A stretch of DNA of 53,151 nt. Source: Clostridia bacterium. Its GTDB lineage: Bacteria > Bacillota > Clostridia > UMGS1883. The stretch covers positions 1 to 53,151 of the forward strand of contig JAZLFH010000023.1 of NCBI GenBank assembly GCA_045615705.1. The letters are read 5' to 3'. The notes under the pieces were generated by a model. The model was not told the origin of the DNA and did not search any database. It worked only from the letters and a program-made list of their open reading frames with translations. The stretch's first letter is position 1; every line of letters begins with the position of its first letter. The translations under genes were made by a program, and so were the position numbers. Shown here one piece after another: positions 1-9,363 of this stretch.

Positions 1-217
1 GGCGACTAAAAAAGCGTGCAGAACGGACAAACTGAACCCGAAGGCGTACGAAGGTACTCCGAGAGGTGAAGTTTGTTCGTAGCATAAAGCATAAATTTTT
101 AAAAATTCGTTTTTAACGAATTTTTTCTTTATTTTGTTTGACAAAATAAACCCATTAATCTGTGTTTGTTTCGTATTTAAGGTGCTTTATGCGGTCGGTG
201 CGTTTTTTTACAGCCCT
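1..217. repeat. Structured intergenic repeat (MITE/REP-like, module A), truncated at the window edge
   Basis: 2-32 matches 21555-21584; 30-75 aligns without gaps to 53017-53062; nested inverted repeats 23-32/71-80 and 82-91/183-192; ends in TTTTTTACAGCCCT. Confidence 0.7.
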
Positions 218-245
218 TTTTTCTACAAAAAATTCATAAAAACTA

Positions 246-320
246 TTGACATATATCGTGCATTATGTTTAAATATTAAAGGTTTAATAAAAATGAACTT
301 AAAGTTTAGTATAATTGAGC
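246..320 (+). promoter_or_regulatory. Putative sigma-A promoter and tandem operator-like imperfect palindromes upstream of the XRE gene
   Basis: TTGACA at 246-251; GTTTAATAAAAATGAAC (282-298) and GTTTAGTATAATTGAGC (304-320). Confidence 0.45.
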
Positions 321-335
321 CTTGGAGGCGTCAAA

Positions 336-875
336 ATGTTAATCGGCAAAAAGATTAAAAATCTGCGTTTGAAAAACGGACTTACTCAGGCGGAACTTGC
401 GAACAGATGCGATTTATCAAAAAGTTTTATATCGCAATTGGAGGCAGACTTAACAAGCCCGTCCCTCGCAACACTTGAAGATATTTTGGTATGTTTGGGG
501 AGCAGTTTTAATCTGTTTTTCGGCGATCCCAAAAGCGACAAACCCGTTTACACAAAAAATGACTGTGTAACGAAGGAATTTTCAGGCGGACAGTACCTTA
601 TCGAATGGCTGGTAAGCGATGCACAAAACAATGATATGGAACCGATTATTTTGACCATCAATCCACAAGCTAAAACATCTGTTGATGAACCTCACGGCGG
701 TGAGGAGTTCGGGTATATTTTATCCGGCACGATTACACTTTGGCTCGGAGATTCGTCTTACAAAGTAAAAAAAGGTGAGAGTTTCTGTTTTGAACCGACT
801 CTTCCCCATTTTATAGAGAATAAATCAAAATCTGTCGCTCGTGTTTTGTGGGTGTCAACTCCGCCGAGTTTTTAA
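336..875 (+). CDS. XRE-family HTH + cupin transcriptional regulator (PuuR-like)
   Basis: N-terminal HTH (LTQAELANRCDLSKSFISQLE), C-terminal cupin (HGGEEFGYILSG...PH); GGAGG RBS before ATG 336. Confidence 0.9.
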   Translation: MLIGKKIKNLRLKNGLTQAELANRCDLSKSFISQLEADLTSPSLATLEDILVCLGSSFNLFFGDPKSDKPVYTKNDCVTKEFSGGQYLIEWLVSDAQNNDMEPIILTINPQAKTSVDEPHGGEEFGYILSGTITLWLGDSSYKVKKGESFCFEPTLPHFIENKSKSVARVLWVSTPPSF

Positions 876-894
876 AAAGAAAGGAGCATCAATT

Positions 895-1728
895 ATGAAA
901 AAAATCAAAAATGCATTTTTTAAGCACTTAAAGATGCTCCCTTTTTATATTTGGTTATTTATATTTATCATTTTCCCGGTTATTTTGATTTTTTCGTACT
1001 CAATTAAAAGCGGAGATTCGCTTTCAATATCAAACTATGTGAATTTTTTTAATAAAAGTTACCTTTCGGTGCTTGTGCGTTCGCTCAAACTTGCTTTTTT
1101 TGCGACAGTTATCTGCCTTATTTTAGCATATCCTCTCGCCATAATTCTATCTGATGAAGATAAGAAGAAAAACCCTGTTTGGTTTTTGCTTTTTATTGCC
1201 CCGATGTGGATGAACTTTTTAATCAGGACTCTTGCGTGGCGTTCAATCCTTGATGATTCGGGAATAATAAATGTTGTACTTTCCTCAATGGGACTTGAAA
1301 AAATCTCTTTTTTGGGCGGGGACGGAGCGATTCTTACAGGTATGGTGTATGACCTTTTGCCGTTTATGCTCTTTCCTATCTATTCAAGCATTTCAAAGAT
1401 TGAAAAAAACATTTTGGAAGCATCGCACGACCTCGGAGCAAATTGGTTTTCTACTTTAAGACATATCATATTACCTTTAAGTATGCCGGGAGTTCTTTCC
1501 GGGATTACCATGGTTTTTGTTCCGTCTGTTACTACTTTCGTTTTCACTCAATATCTCGCAAACGGGAAGGGCATGCTGATAGGCGACCTTATTGAACAGC
1601 AATTCGGAAGAGTCGGCGATTGGAACTTCGGTTCGGCACTTTCGGTTTTGGTTATGAGCATTATTCTTCTTTGTATGTACTTCATTAACAAACTCGGCGG
1701 AGATGAGGAGGTTAATGTTTCATGGTAA
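895..1728 (+). CDS. potB: Spermidine/putrescine ABC transporter permease
   Basis: Transmembrane segments, PMWMNFLIRT, EASHDLGA loop, WNFGSALS; AAGGAG RBS before ATG 895. Confidence 0.9.
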   Translation: MKKIKNAFFKHLKMLPFYIWLFIFIIFPVILIFSYSIKSGDSLSISNYVNFFNKSYLSVLVRSLKLAFFATVICLILAYPLAIILSDEDKKKNPVWFLLFIAPMWMNFLIRTLAWRSILDDSGIINVVLSSMGLEKISFLGGDGAILTGMVYDLLPFMLFPIYSSISKIEKNILEASHDLGANWFSTLRHIILPLSMPGVLSGITMVFVPSVTTFVFTQYLANGKGMLIGDLIEQQFGRVGDWNFGSALSVLVMSIILLCMYFINKLGGDEEVNVSW

Positions 1729-2492
1729 AGTTTTTTAAAAACTTCTATTTGTACTTAATTTTGTTTTTCCTCTACGCTCCTATTTTGGTGCTTGCGATTT
1801 TTTCTTTTAACAACAGTAAACTTCGAGTTTTAAATAACTTCAAATTTTCATTCAAGCCGTATGCCGATTTATTTGCGGACAAAACTATCATGAATGCTCT
1901 TTTTGTAACACTCTCTGTCGCAATTTTGTCCGCCGCTGTTTCGACCGTTTTCGGAACGCTGTCTGCGATAGGTCTTTTTAAGAGTAAAAAAGCCGTCCGC
2001 GGAATCATTCTTTCGGCGACATACCTTCCCATGATGAATTCGGATATCGTAACGGGAATTTCTCTTATGCTTATGTTTACCGCACTCAAAATTAAACTTG
2101 GCGGTATTACACTTTTATTGTCGCACATTACTTTTTGCATTCCTTATGTTATAAGTTCGGTCATGCCGAAACTTTTTGACATAAACCAAAGTATGTACGA
2201 AGCTGCTCAGGACTTGGGTGCAAGCAAGAGTTATGCTTATAAAAAGATTATTATTCCTGAAATTATGCCGGGTATTGTATCCGGGTTTTTACTTTCGATT
2301 ACCCTTTCTATAGATGACTTTTTGATTTCTTACTACAACACGGGCGGAGGAGTACAAAATATTTCCACGCTCATTTACTCATACAAAAGCGGTATCCCGC
2401 CGAAAATAAACGCACTTTCTACCATCATTTTCGCACTTTTATTGAGTCTTATGCTTATTATTAACCGCAAAAGCGGTAAAAATAAAAAATAA
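1722..2492 (+). CDS. potC: Spermidine/putrescine ABC transporter permease
   Basis: FLYAPI...FSFN, EAAQDLGA, TLSIDDF, PKINALST. Confidence 0.9.
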   Translation: MVKFFKNFYLYLILFFLYAPILVLAIFSFNNSKLRVLNNFKFSFKPYADLFADKTIMNALFVTLSVAILSAAVSTVFGTLSAIGLFKSKKAVRGIILSATYLPMMNSDIVTGISLMLMFTALKIKLGGITLLLSHITFCIPYVISSVMPKLFDINQSMYEAAQDLGASKSYAYKKIIIPEIMPGIVSGFLLSITLSIDDFLISYYNTGGGVQNISTLIYSYKSGIPPKINALSTIIFALLLSLMLIINRKSGKNKK

Positions 2493-2511
2493 CAACAACG
2501 GAGGTTTTATT

Positions 2512-3546
2512 ATGAAAAAGGTATTATCTGTTATTTTGCTTATGGCGTTGGTGTTTTCGCTGTGTGCTTGTGATGAACGCACGGTTTTAAATGTCTATAA
2601 TTGCAGCGATTACATCGGCGAGGGTGTGCTTGAAGAATTTGAAAAGCAAAATCCTGACATACGCATTAATTACGAAATGTTTGACTCCAACGAATCGCTC
2701 TACAACAAGATTTCACACAGTTCTTCAAAGTATGATGTTATTGTGCCGAGCGATTACATGATAGAACGCATGATGGAAGAAAATCTTTTATCAAAAATAG
2801 ACTTAAACAATATCCCAAACTATCAGCAATATGTACCCGAAACATTCAGAAATCTTTCGTTTGACCCAAACAACGAATATGCTGTTCCGTACACTTGGGG
2901 TACGGTTGGAATTTTGTACAACAAGACTCTCGTTTCGGAAGAAGAAATCACTTGGGACCTTCTTTGGGACCCCAAATATGAAAATCAAGTAATTATGTAT
3001 GATTCCGAGCGTGATTCAATAGCAGTTGCACTTTCCTATCTCGGTTACTCCATAAATACAACAAATACCGAGGAATTGAATGAAGCAAAAGATGTTCTTA
3101 TTGCACAAGTACCAAATGTATTGGCTTACTTTACAGACCTTGTTCGTGATAAGATGGTTTCGGGCGATGCCGCACTTGCAGTTGTATATTCGGGAGATGC
3201 TGCACTTTGCTTAGAGGAAAATGAAGATCTGGCATATGCCGTTCCAAAAAGCGGCAGCAACATTTTTTACGATTGTATGTGCATTCCTCACAACGCTGAA
3301 CATAAAAATGAGGCAGAGCGGTTTATCAACTTTATGTTAGAACCCGAGATTGCTCGGAAAAATGCTACGATGGGATATTGTATGCCCCACAGCAGTGTTT
3401 ATGACGATGTGGATTTCCGTGATAAATATGCACTGTATCCCGATGAAGAAACAATTAATCGTTGCGAAATATACAAAAATCTTCCCCAAGAAATAAACGA
3501 ACTCTTGGGAAAAATATGGACAGAAGTAAAACTTGCCGCAGAGTAA
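2512..3546 (+). CDS. potD: Polyamine ABC transporter substrate-binding lipoprotein
   Basis: Lipobox (SLCAC), YDVIVPSDYM, VPYTWGTVGI, VYSGDA. Confidence 0.9.
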   Translation: MKKVLSVILLMALVFSLCACDERTVLNVYNCSDYIGEGVLEEFEKQNPDIRINYEMFDSNESLYNKISHSSSKYDVIVPSDYMIERMMEENLLSKIDLNNIPNYQQYVPETFRNLSFDPNNEYAVPYTWGTVGILYNKTLVSEEEITWDLLWDPKYENQVIMYDSERDSIAVALSYLGYSINTTNTEELNEAKDVLIAQVPNVLAYFTDLVRDKMVSGDAALAVVYSGDAALCLEENEDLAYAVPKSGSNIFYDCMCIPHNAEHKNEAERFINFMLEPEIARKNATMGYCMPHSSVYDDVDFRDKYALYPDEETINRCEIYKNLPQEINELLGKIWTEVKLAAE

Positions 3547-3560
3547 GTTGAGGGAAAAAT

Positions 3561-4607
3561 ATGGACGAATTACATTTTCTTGACCTTATAAATATCAAAA
3601 AGTCATTTTCGGATGCAACAATTCTTGATAATTTTAATCTTCATCTTGAAAAAAACCAGTTTGTTACCCTCTTAGGTCCTTCGGGGTGCGGGAAAACAAC
3701 CATTCTTCGTATAATCGGCGGTTTTGAGACTCCCGAAGAAGGAAGTGTTATATTTAAGGGTGATGACATTACTTTCCTTCCTCCGCACAAGAGAAACATA
3801 AACACGGTTTTTCAAAAGTATTCTTTGTTTCCGCACATGAATATCTATGACAACATTGCTTTCGGACTCAGAATTAAAAAAACTCCGGAAGACGAGATTA
3901 AAAAAGAAGTGGAAAAGGCTCTTGATTTTGTTAACCTTCCCGGTATAGAAAACAGGCGGAGCGATTCACTGTCGGGCGGTCAACAACAGAGAGTCGCAAT
4001 AGCCCGTGCGATAGTTAACAAACCGGATGTTTTGCTTTTTGATGAACCGCTCGGTGCACTTGATTTAAAACTTCGCCAGGAAATGCAAATCGAAATAAAG
4101 AACTTCCAGAAAGAACTCGGAATTTCTTTTATATATGTTACTCACGACCAAGAAGAAGCCCTTACGATGAGCGACAAAATAGTTGTTATGAGCCAAGGTA
4201 AAATTCAGCAAATAGGAACACCGATTGACATATACAACGAGCCGATAAACGCCTTTGTCGCAAACTTTATAGGCGAAAGCAACATTGTGCCGGGCATTAT
4301 GGAACAAGACTTTAAAGTAGAATTTTCAAAAAGAGAATTTGTCTGCGTTGACAAGCGTTTTGAAAATAAGGAAGTTAATGTTGTTGTTCGTCCCGAAGAT
4401 ATTAAACTCGTTAAAGAGGAAGACGGCATGCTCAAAGGAATTGTACAAAGTGTATTCTTTAAAGGTGTCCACTACGAAATGACAATACTTACAGATGACG
4501 GTACTTCTTGGCTTGTTCATTCCACGCTTTGCGAAAAGGAAGGGAGCCGTGTGGGGCTTAACATCTTACCTGATGATATTCACATTATGAGAAAGGTAGC
4601 AGAGTAA
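3561..4607 (+). CDS. potA: Polyamine ABC transporter ATP-binding protein
   Basis: Walker [32 protein letters not shown]-terminal TOBE-like region. Confidence 0.93.
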   Translation: MDELHFLDLINIKKSFSDATILDNFNLHLEKNQFVTLLGPSGCGKTTILRIIGGFETPEEGSVIFKGDDITFLPPHKRNINTVFQKYSLFPHMNIYDNIAFGLRIKKTPEDEIKKEVEKALDFVNLPGIENRRSDSLSGGQQQRVAIARAIVNKPDVLLFDEPLGALDLKLRQEMQIEIKNFQKELGISFIYVTHDQEEALTMSDKIVVMSQGKIQQIGTPIDIYNEPINAFVANFIGESNIVPGIMEQDFKVEFSKREFVCVDKRFENKEVNVVVRPEDIKLVKEEDGMLKGIVQSVFFKGVHYEMTILTDDGTSWLVHSTLCEKEGSRVGLNILPDDIHIMRKVAE

Positions 4608-4608
4608 A

Positions 4609-6261
4609 ATGGAAGAAAAAATATATTCTAATTTTATACACGACATCATTGATGAAGATTTAAAGGAAGGTCATGTTGACCATGTCCAAACCCGTTTTCC
4701 TCCCGAACCTAACGGATATCTGCACATAGGCAGTGCAAAGGCTATTTGGGTTAACTACACAACCGCAAAAAAGTACGGCGGAAAATTTAACCTCCGCTAT
4801 GACGATACTAACCCCGTTAAAGAAGATGACGAGTTTGTTCGTGCTATTGAAGAGGACCTTCATTGGCTCGGAGCAGACCCCGACAACATTTTTTACGGTT
4901 CAGACTATTTTGAAAAGTGCTACGAATTTGCTGTAAAACTCATTAAGGACGGCAAAGCGTATGTTTGTGATTTGAGTCAAGACGAAATCAGCGAATATCG
5001 AGGTATGTGGAATAAACCCGGCAAAGAATCTCCTTACCGCAACAGAAGTATTGAAGAAAATCTTGACTTGTTCAATCGCATGAAAAACGGTGAATTTAAA
5101 GACGGTGAAAGAACTCTCCGTGTTAAAATTGATATGGCATCTCCGAACATGAATATGAGAGACCCTGTTATTTACAGGATACTCCATAAATCACATCATC
5201 GTCAGGGAGATAAGTGGTGTATTTACCCCATGTACGACTTTGCCCACCCCATTCAGGACGCTATTGAAGGCATTACTCACTCACTCTGCTCTATCGAATT
5301 TGAAAATCACCGTCCGCTTTATGAATGGGTAGTTGACAACATTGGTTTTGAGCAAAAACCCAAACAGCGTGAATTTGCTCGTTTGAATATGACCTATACG
5401 GTTATGAGCAAGCGTTATCTTCGTAAACTCGTAGAAACCGGCACTGTTGACGGCTGGGACGACCCGAGAATGCCTACTCTTTCCGGGCTTCGCCGCCGCG
5501 GATATACTCCAAGTTCAATTTTTGATTTTGTTGAAAGAAGCGGTGTCGCAAAGGCATACTCCGTTGCAGACTGCCACCTCCTTGAATACTGCATTTGTGA
5601 AGAATTAAACAATGATGCTTTACGCCGTGTTGCGGTACTTGACCCGCTTGAAGTTGAAATTACAAACTACCCCGATGACAAAGTAGAATATTTTGAGTTT
5701 TCTAACCACCCGAAGAAAGAAGAACTCGGAAAGAGAAAACTTCCTTTTACAAATAAAATTTATATTGAGCGTTCCGACTTTATGGAAGAAAAAGTCCCGG
5801 GCTTTATCCGTTTAGTCCCCGGTGGCGAAGTAAGGCTTATGAGCGCTTACATTATGAAGTGCAATGAAGTAGTATATGACGAAAAAGGAAATGTTTCCTC
5901 TTTAAAATGCACCGTTGATTTGGAAACGGGAAATCAAATGCCGATAGACGGAAGAAAAGTCAAAGGTACAATACATTGGCTCAGTCAAAAGCATTCAAAG
6001 AGTTTTGAAGCACGAATTTTTGACAATATTTTTAACTCTGAAAATGTTTCAACACTTCTTGAAGACGATAACTTTGACGACTTTATCTCAAAAGATTCAC
6101 TTCAAATTCTTCCTTCTTTAAAAGTTGAAGAAGATTTGGAAAATGCCAAAGTCGGCGACCGATTCCAATTTGTGAGAATGGGCTACTTTACATTGGACTG
6201 TAAAAACAATACTGTTTTTAACCGCATAGCACCTCTTAAAAGCAGTTATAAAGTTAATTAA
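4609..6261 (+). CDS. glnS: Glutamine--tRNA ligase
   Basis: TRFPPEPNGYLHIGSAK, YPMYDFAHP, VMSKR, GWDDPRMPT, FQFVRMGYF. Confidence 0.93.
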   Translation: MEEKIYSNFIHDIIDEDLKEGHVDHVQTRFPPEPNGYLHIGSAKAIWVNYTTAKKYGGKFNLRYDDTNPVKEDDEFVRAIEEDLHWLGADPDNIFYGSDYFEKCYEFAVKLIKDGKAYVCDLSQDEISEYRGMWNKPGKESPYRNRSIEENLDLFNRMKNGEFKDGERTLRVKIDMASPNMNMRDPVIYRILHKSHHRQGDKWCIYPMYDFAHPIQDAIEGITHSLCSIEFENHRPLYEWVVDNIGFEQKPKQREFARLNMTYTVMSKRYLRKLVETGTVDGWDDPRMPTLSGLRRRGYTPSSIFDFVERSGVAKAYSVADCHLLEYCICEELNNDALRRVAVLDPLEVEITNYPDDKVEYFEFSNHPKKEELGKRKLPFTNKIYIERSDFMEEKVPGFIRLVPGGEVRLMSAYIMKCNEVVYDEKGNVSSLKCTVDLETGNQMPIDGRKVKGTIHWLSQKHSKSFEARIFDNIFNSENVSTLLEDDNFDDFISKDSLQILPSLKVEEDLENAKVGDRFQFVRMGYFTLDCKNNTVFNRIAPLKSSYKVN

Positions 6262-6267
6262 AAAGGA

Positions 6268-7926
6268 ATGACCGTTTTGGATAATCTTAAACTTGCAGAA
6301 TTACTTTTCCCCGATATAGATAAAACTCCCGACTACTACGAAAATCTTTACCCGAACAGAAACCTTAAAAAAGATGCCCGTGTTACAAGGCTTGGTCCGA
6401 GTCCCACCGGGTTTATTCACCTTGGCAATCTCTACGGTGCCGTAGTTGACGAAAGGCTTGCCCACCAAAGCGATGGTGTGTTCTATTTAAGAATTGAAGA
6501 TACCGACAACAAGCGTGAAGTTGAAGGTGCTGTTGAAACTCTCATAACATCGCTTGGTTATTTCGGTATTTCTTTTGACGAAGGTGCAACTCTTGACGGT
6601 GAAGTAGGTTCTTACGGTCCTTACCGCCAAAGAAACAGGGCAAAAATTTATCAATGCTTTGCAAAAGAATTGGTAAAAAAAGGTCTTGCTTATCCTTGCT
6701 TTTGCAGTGAAGATGATTTGTCATCCATGCGTCAAAAACAAGAAGCAATCAAGGCAAATTTCGGTTATTACGGCGAGTGGGCAGTGCATCGCAATTTTAC
6801 CTATGAAGAAATTGAGCAGGAACTTAAAAACAAAAAGCCCTTTGTCCTTCGTTTTAAAGCAGAGAGTCCTTGCAAAAAAACAATAAGCGTTAAAGACGGT
6901 ATCAGAGGTACTCTTACCATGCCTAAAAACGACCAGGACTTTGTTCTGTTAAAATCCGATAAGATACCGACATACCACTTCGCCCATGTAGTAGATGACC
7001 ATTTAATGCGTACTACTCATGTTGTGCGTGGCGAAGAGTGGCTGTCTACTCTTCCTTTCCACATTGACCTTTTTGAAGCATTCAATTGGGAAGTTCCTAC
7101 CTATTGCCACACAGCCCAACTTATGAAAATTGATAACGGTAACAAGAGAAAACTTTCAAAAAGAAAAGACCCGGAACTTTCTCTCGACTTTTACAGAAGT
7201 GAGGGCTATCCGAAAGAATCTGTCAGAGAATACCTTATGACAGTTCTAAATTCAAACTTCGAGGACTGGCGAGCAGAAAACAAAGACCTTCCGTTTACCG
7301 ATTTTAAATTTTCAACAGAAAAAATGAGTTCGTCAGGTGCTCTTTTTGACCTTGACAAACTATGCGATGTAAGTAAAAATACGCTTTCTCTTTTAACTGC
7401 CGAAGAAATCTACAAAGAAATTCTAAATTGGGCAGAAGAATTCGACAGTGAGTATTTTTCTTTATTAAGCCGTGATAAAGAGTTTTCACTCAAAATGCTC
7501 TCTATCGGCAGAGGCGGAGAAAAACCGAGAAAGGACATCTCAACATACAAGCAAAGCAAAAACTTCTTCTCGTTCTTCTTTGATGAATTGTTTAAGTATG
7601 AAGATGAATTTCCAAAAAATATTTCAAAAGAAGATGCAATTAAAATTTTAGACTCGTATCTTGAAAGTTATAATCACAACGATACCCAAGAAGAATGGTT
7701 TAACAAGGTAAAGATTTTTACCGAACAGTTGGGTTTTGCCCCCCAGCCGAAACTCTACAAGAAGAATCCCGAAGCCTACAAGGGGCATATTTCAGATGTT
7801 ACGGCAGTGCTTCGTGTTGCAATAACGGGACGCACAAATTCGCCTGATTTATGGTGTGTTTCTCAAACAATAGGCGAAGAAAAAGCCGTTTTAAGAATAA
7901 AAAAGGCAAAAGAACTTCTAAAATAA
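6268..7926 (+). CDS. gltX: Glutamate--tRNA ligase (long clostridial form)
   Basis: RLGPSPTGFIHLGN, LRIEDTD, PTYHFAHVVDD, RGEEW, KLSKR. Confidence 0.9.
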   Translation: MTVLDNLKLAELLFPDIDKTPDYYENLYPNRNLKKDARVTRLGPSPTGFIHLGNLYGAVVDERLAHQSDGVFYLRIEDTDNKREVEGAVETLITSLGYFGISFDEGATLDGEVGSYGPYRQRNRAKIYQCFAKELVKKGLAYPCFCSEDDLSSMRQKQEAIKANFGYYGEWAVHRNFTYEEIEQELKNKKPFVLRFKAESPCKKTISVKDGIRGTLTMPKNDQDFVLLKSDKIPTYHFAHVVDDHLMRTTHVVRGEEWLSTLPFHIDLFEAFNWEVPTYCHTAQLMKIDNGNKRKLSKRKDPELSLDFYRSEGYPKESVREYLMTVLNSNFEDWRAENKDLPFTDFKFSTEKMSSSGALFDLDKLCDVSKNTLSLLTAEEIYKEILNWAEEFDSEYFSLLSRDKEFSLKMLSIGRGGEKPRKDISTYKQSKNFFSFFFDELFKYEDEFPKNISKEDAIKILDSYLESYNHNDTQEEWFNKVKIFTEQLGFAPQPKLYKKNPEAYKGHISDVTAVLRVAITGRTNSPDLWCVSQTIGEEKAVLRIKKAKELLK

Positions 7927-8008
7927 AATGAAAAGTACAGAAAAAGTTTTTTTACTTCCTTTCGGTCTGCCCGTAAACTCATTTTAACGCAAGATAAAAG
8001 ATTTTAAA

Positions 8009-8054
8009 CAAAAATCACTATTTTTCGGTAACTCCGATTAAATAGTGATTTTTT
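8009..8054 (+). terminator. Intrinsic terminator-like hairpin after gltX
   Basis: AAAAATCACTATTT...AAATAGTGATTTTTT inverted repeat. Confidence 0.6.
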
Positions 8055-8094
8055 GAAATTTGAAGGTCGCACAGTTGCTTTTCCGCCCTTTTTC

Positions 8095-8123
8095 TTGACA
8101 TAAAAACATTAAAAGTGTAAAAT
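8095..8123 (+). promoter_or_regulatory. Sigma-A promoter
   Basis: TTGACA-N17-TAAAAT. Confidence 0.65.
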
Positions 8124-8150
8124 AAAAGTATTATTAAAGGAGGGATAACA

Positions 8151-9362
8151 GTGAAATCAATACTTATGTTTGCGTATCATTTTTATCCCGACAATAACAT
8201 CGGTGCAGTGCGTTTTTCGGAACTTTCCAAAAGGCTGTCAAATGACTTTAAACTTTATATTGTTACAAAAAAGTCGGACAAAAGGACAGAACTTCAAAAC
8301 GCTACATATATAGAGGTTGGAAATCCGCCCTGCGAATCGTCAATTACTCAAAAAAATACAAACCGTGCTACCGGATTTAAATATCTTAAATTTTTATACA
8401 ATAATTTCATTCATTTCAAGTCTTCGCTGTCTTATTATAATGATTTTAAAAAGTTATATCAAAAAGAACTCGCCGATATAAAATTTGACTTCATTTTGGC
8501 TACTTACGGGCCTCTTTGTAATCTGCTTTGTGCAAATTATGTAAAAAGGAAACAGAAATCCGCAAAGTTTATAATGGATTTTAGAGATCCTATGGATGCC
8601 CCCGTTATACCATTTCCGTTTCGCATTATTAACAAGTGCATTCAAAGGAAAATCTGCTTTATTGCGGACAAAATAGTATGCGTTTCAAACGGATATTTAA
8701 AAAAAATCGTTAAAAAGAGTGAATATGAAAAAGCATTGGTTTTAACAAACGGTTTTAACAAAACAGAGCAAACCCAAAAGGCAAAAGACTTTTCTTTTCT
8801 CTATGTGGGCTCTACATATAACGGCACTCGTGATTTTTCTCCGCTTTTTGCATCGCTTTTTCGCCTTATAAATGGGGGAAGCATAAATAAAGATGATGTC
8901 AAAATCTACTATGCAGGTTCTGATAGCTCGTATTTTTCGTTGCAACTTGAAAAATATAATCTAAATTCCTGTTTTTCTTATCTCGGAATTTTAAACCGTG
9001 ATGACTGTCTTAAAAAAGAACAGGAATGCCGTTTTTTAATTCTCTCTACTTGGAATAAGCGTGGATATGAAGGCGTTATTCCCGGAAAATTCTTTGAGTA
9101 TTTAAACGCTCAAAGAAAAATCGTTTCCATCACGGGCGGAAATCTCACAGGTTCTGAGGTAGGTAATCTTACAGAAGAGTTATGTGTAGGAAAAAGCATC
9201 GAAAAAAACACTTCCGAAAAAGAAATTGACTCGTTTATTTTGAAAGAATATGAAGATTTCAAGAATAACACGCTTTTGTACAATCCCACCGACATAAGCC
9301 GTTTTGACTACGACAATATAGCATTAAAATACAAAGAAATTCTTAATTCCTTAGGTGAGTAA
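8151..9362 (+). CDS. GT-B fold glycosyltransferase (GT4-like)
   Basis: AYHFYP...GAVRF, DFRDPM, LTNGF, GVIPGKFFEYL. Confidence 0.75.
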   Translation: MKSILMFAYHFYPDNNIGAVRFSELSKRLSNDFKLYIVTKKSDKRTELQNATYIEVGNPPCESSITQKNTNRATGFKYLKFLYNNFIHFKSSLSYYNDFKKLYQKELADIKFDFILATYGPLCNLLCANYVKRKQKSAKFIMDFRDPMDAPVIPFPFRIINKCIQRKICFIADKIVCVSNGYLKKIVKKSEYEKALVLTNGFNKTEQTQKAKDFSFLYVGSTYNGTRDFSPLFASLFRLINGGSINKDDVKIYYAGSDSSYFSLQLEKYNLNSCFSYLGILNRDDCLKKEQECRFLILSTWNKRGYEGVIPGKFFEYLNAQRKIVSITGGNLTGSEVGNLTEELCVGKSIEKNTSEKEIDSFILKEYEDFKNNTLLYNPTDISRFDYDNIALKYKEILNSLGE

Positions 9363-9363
9363 T

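Noticed and set aside
134-358. 74-aa ORF
   Set aside because: Runs through the repeat end, promoter and operator region; no RBS or recognisable motif.
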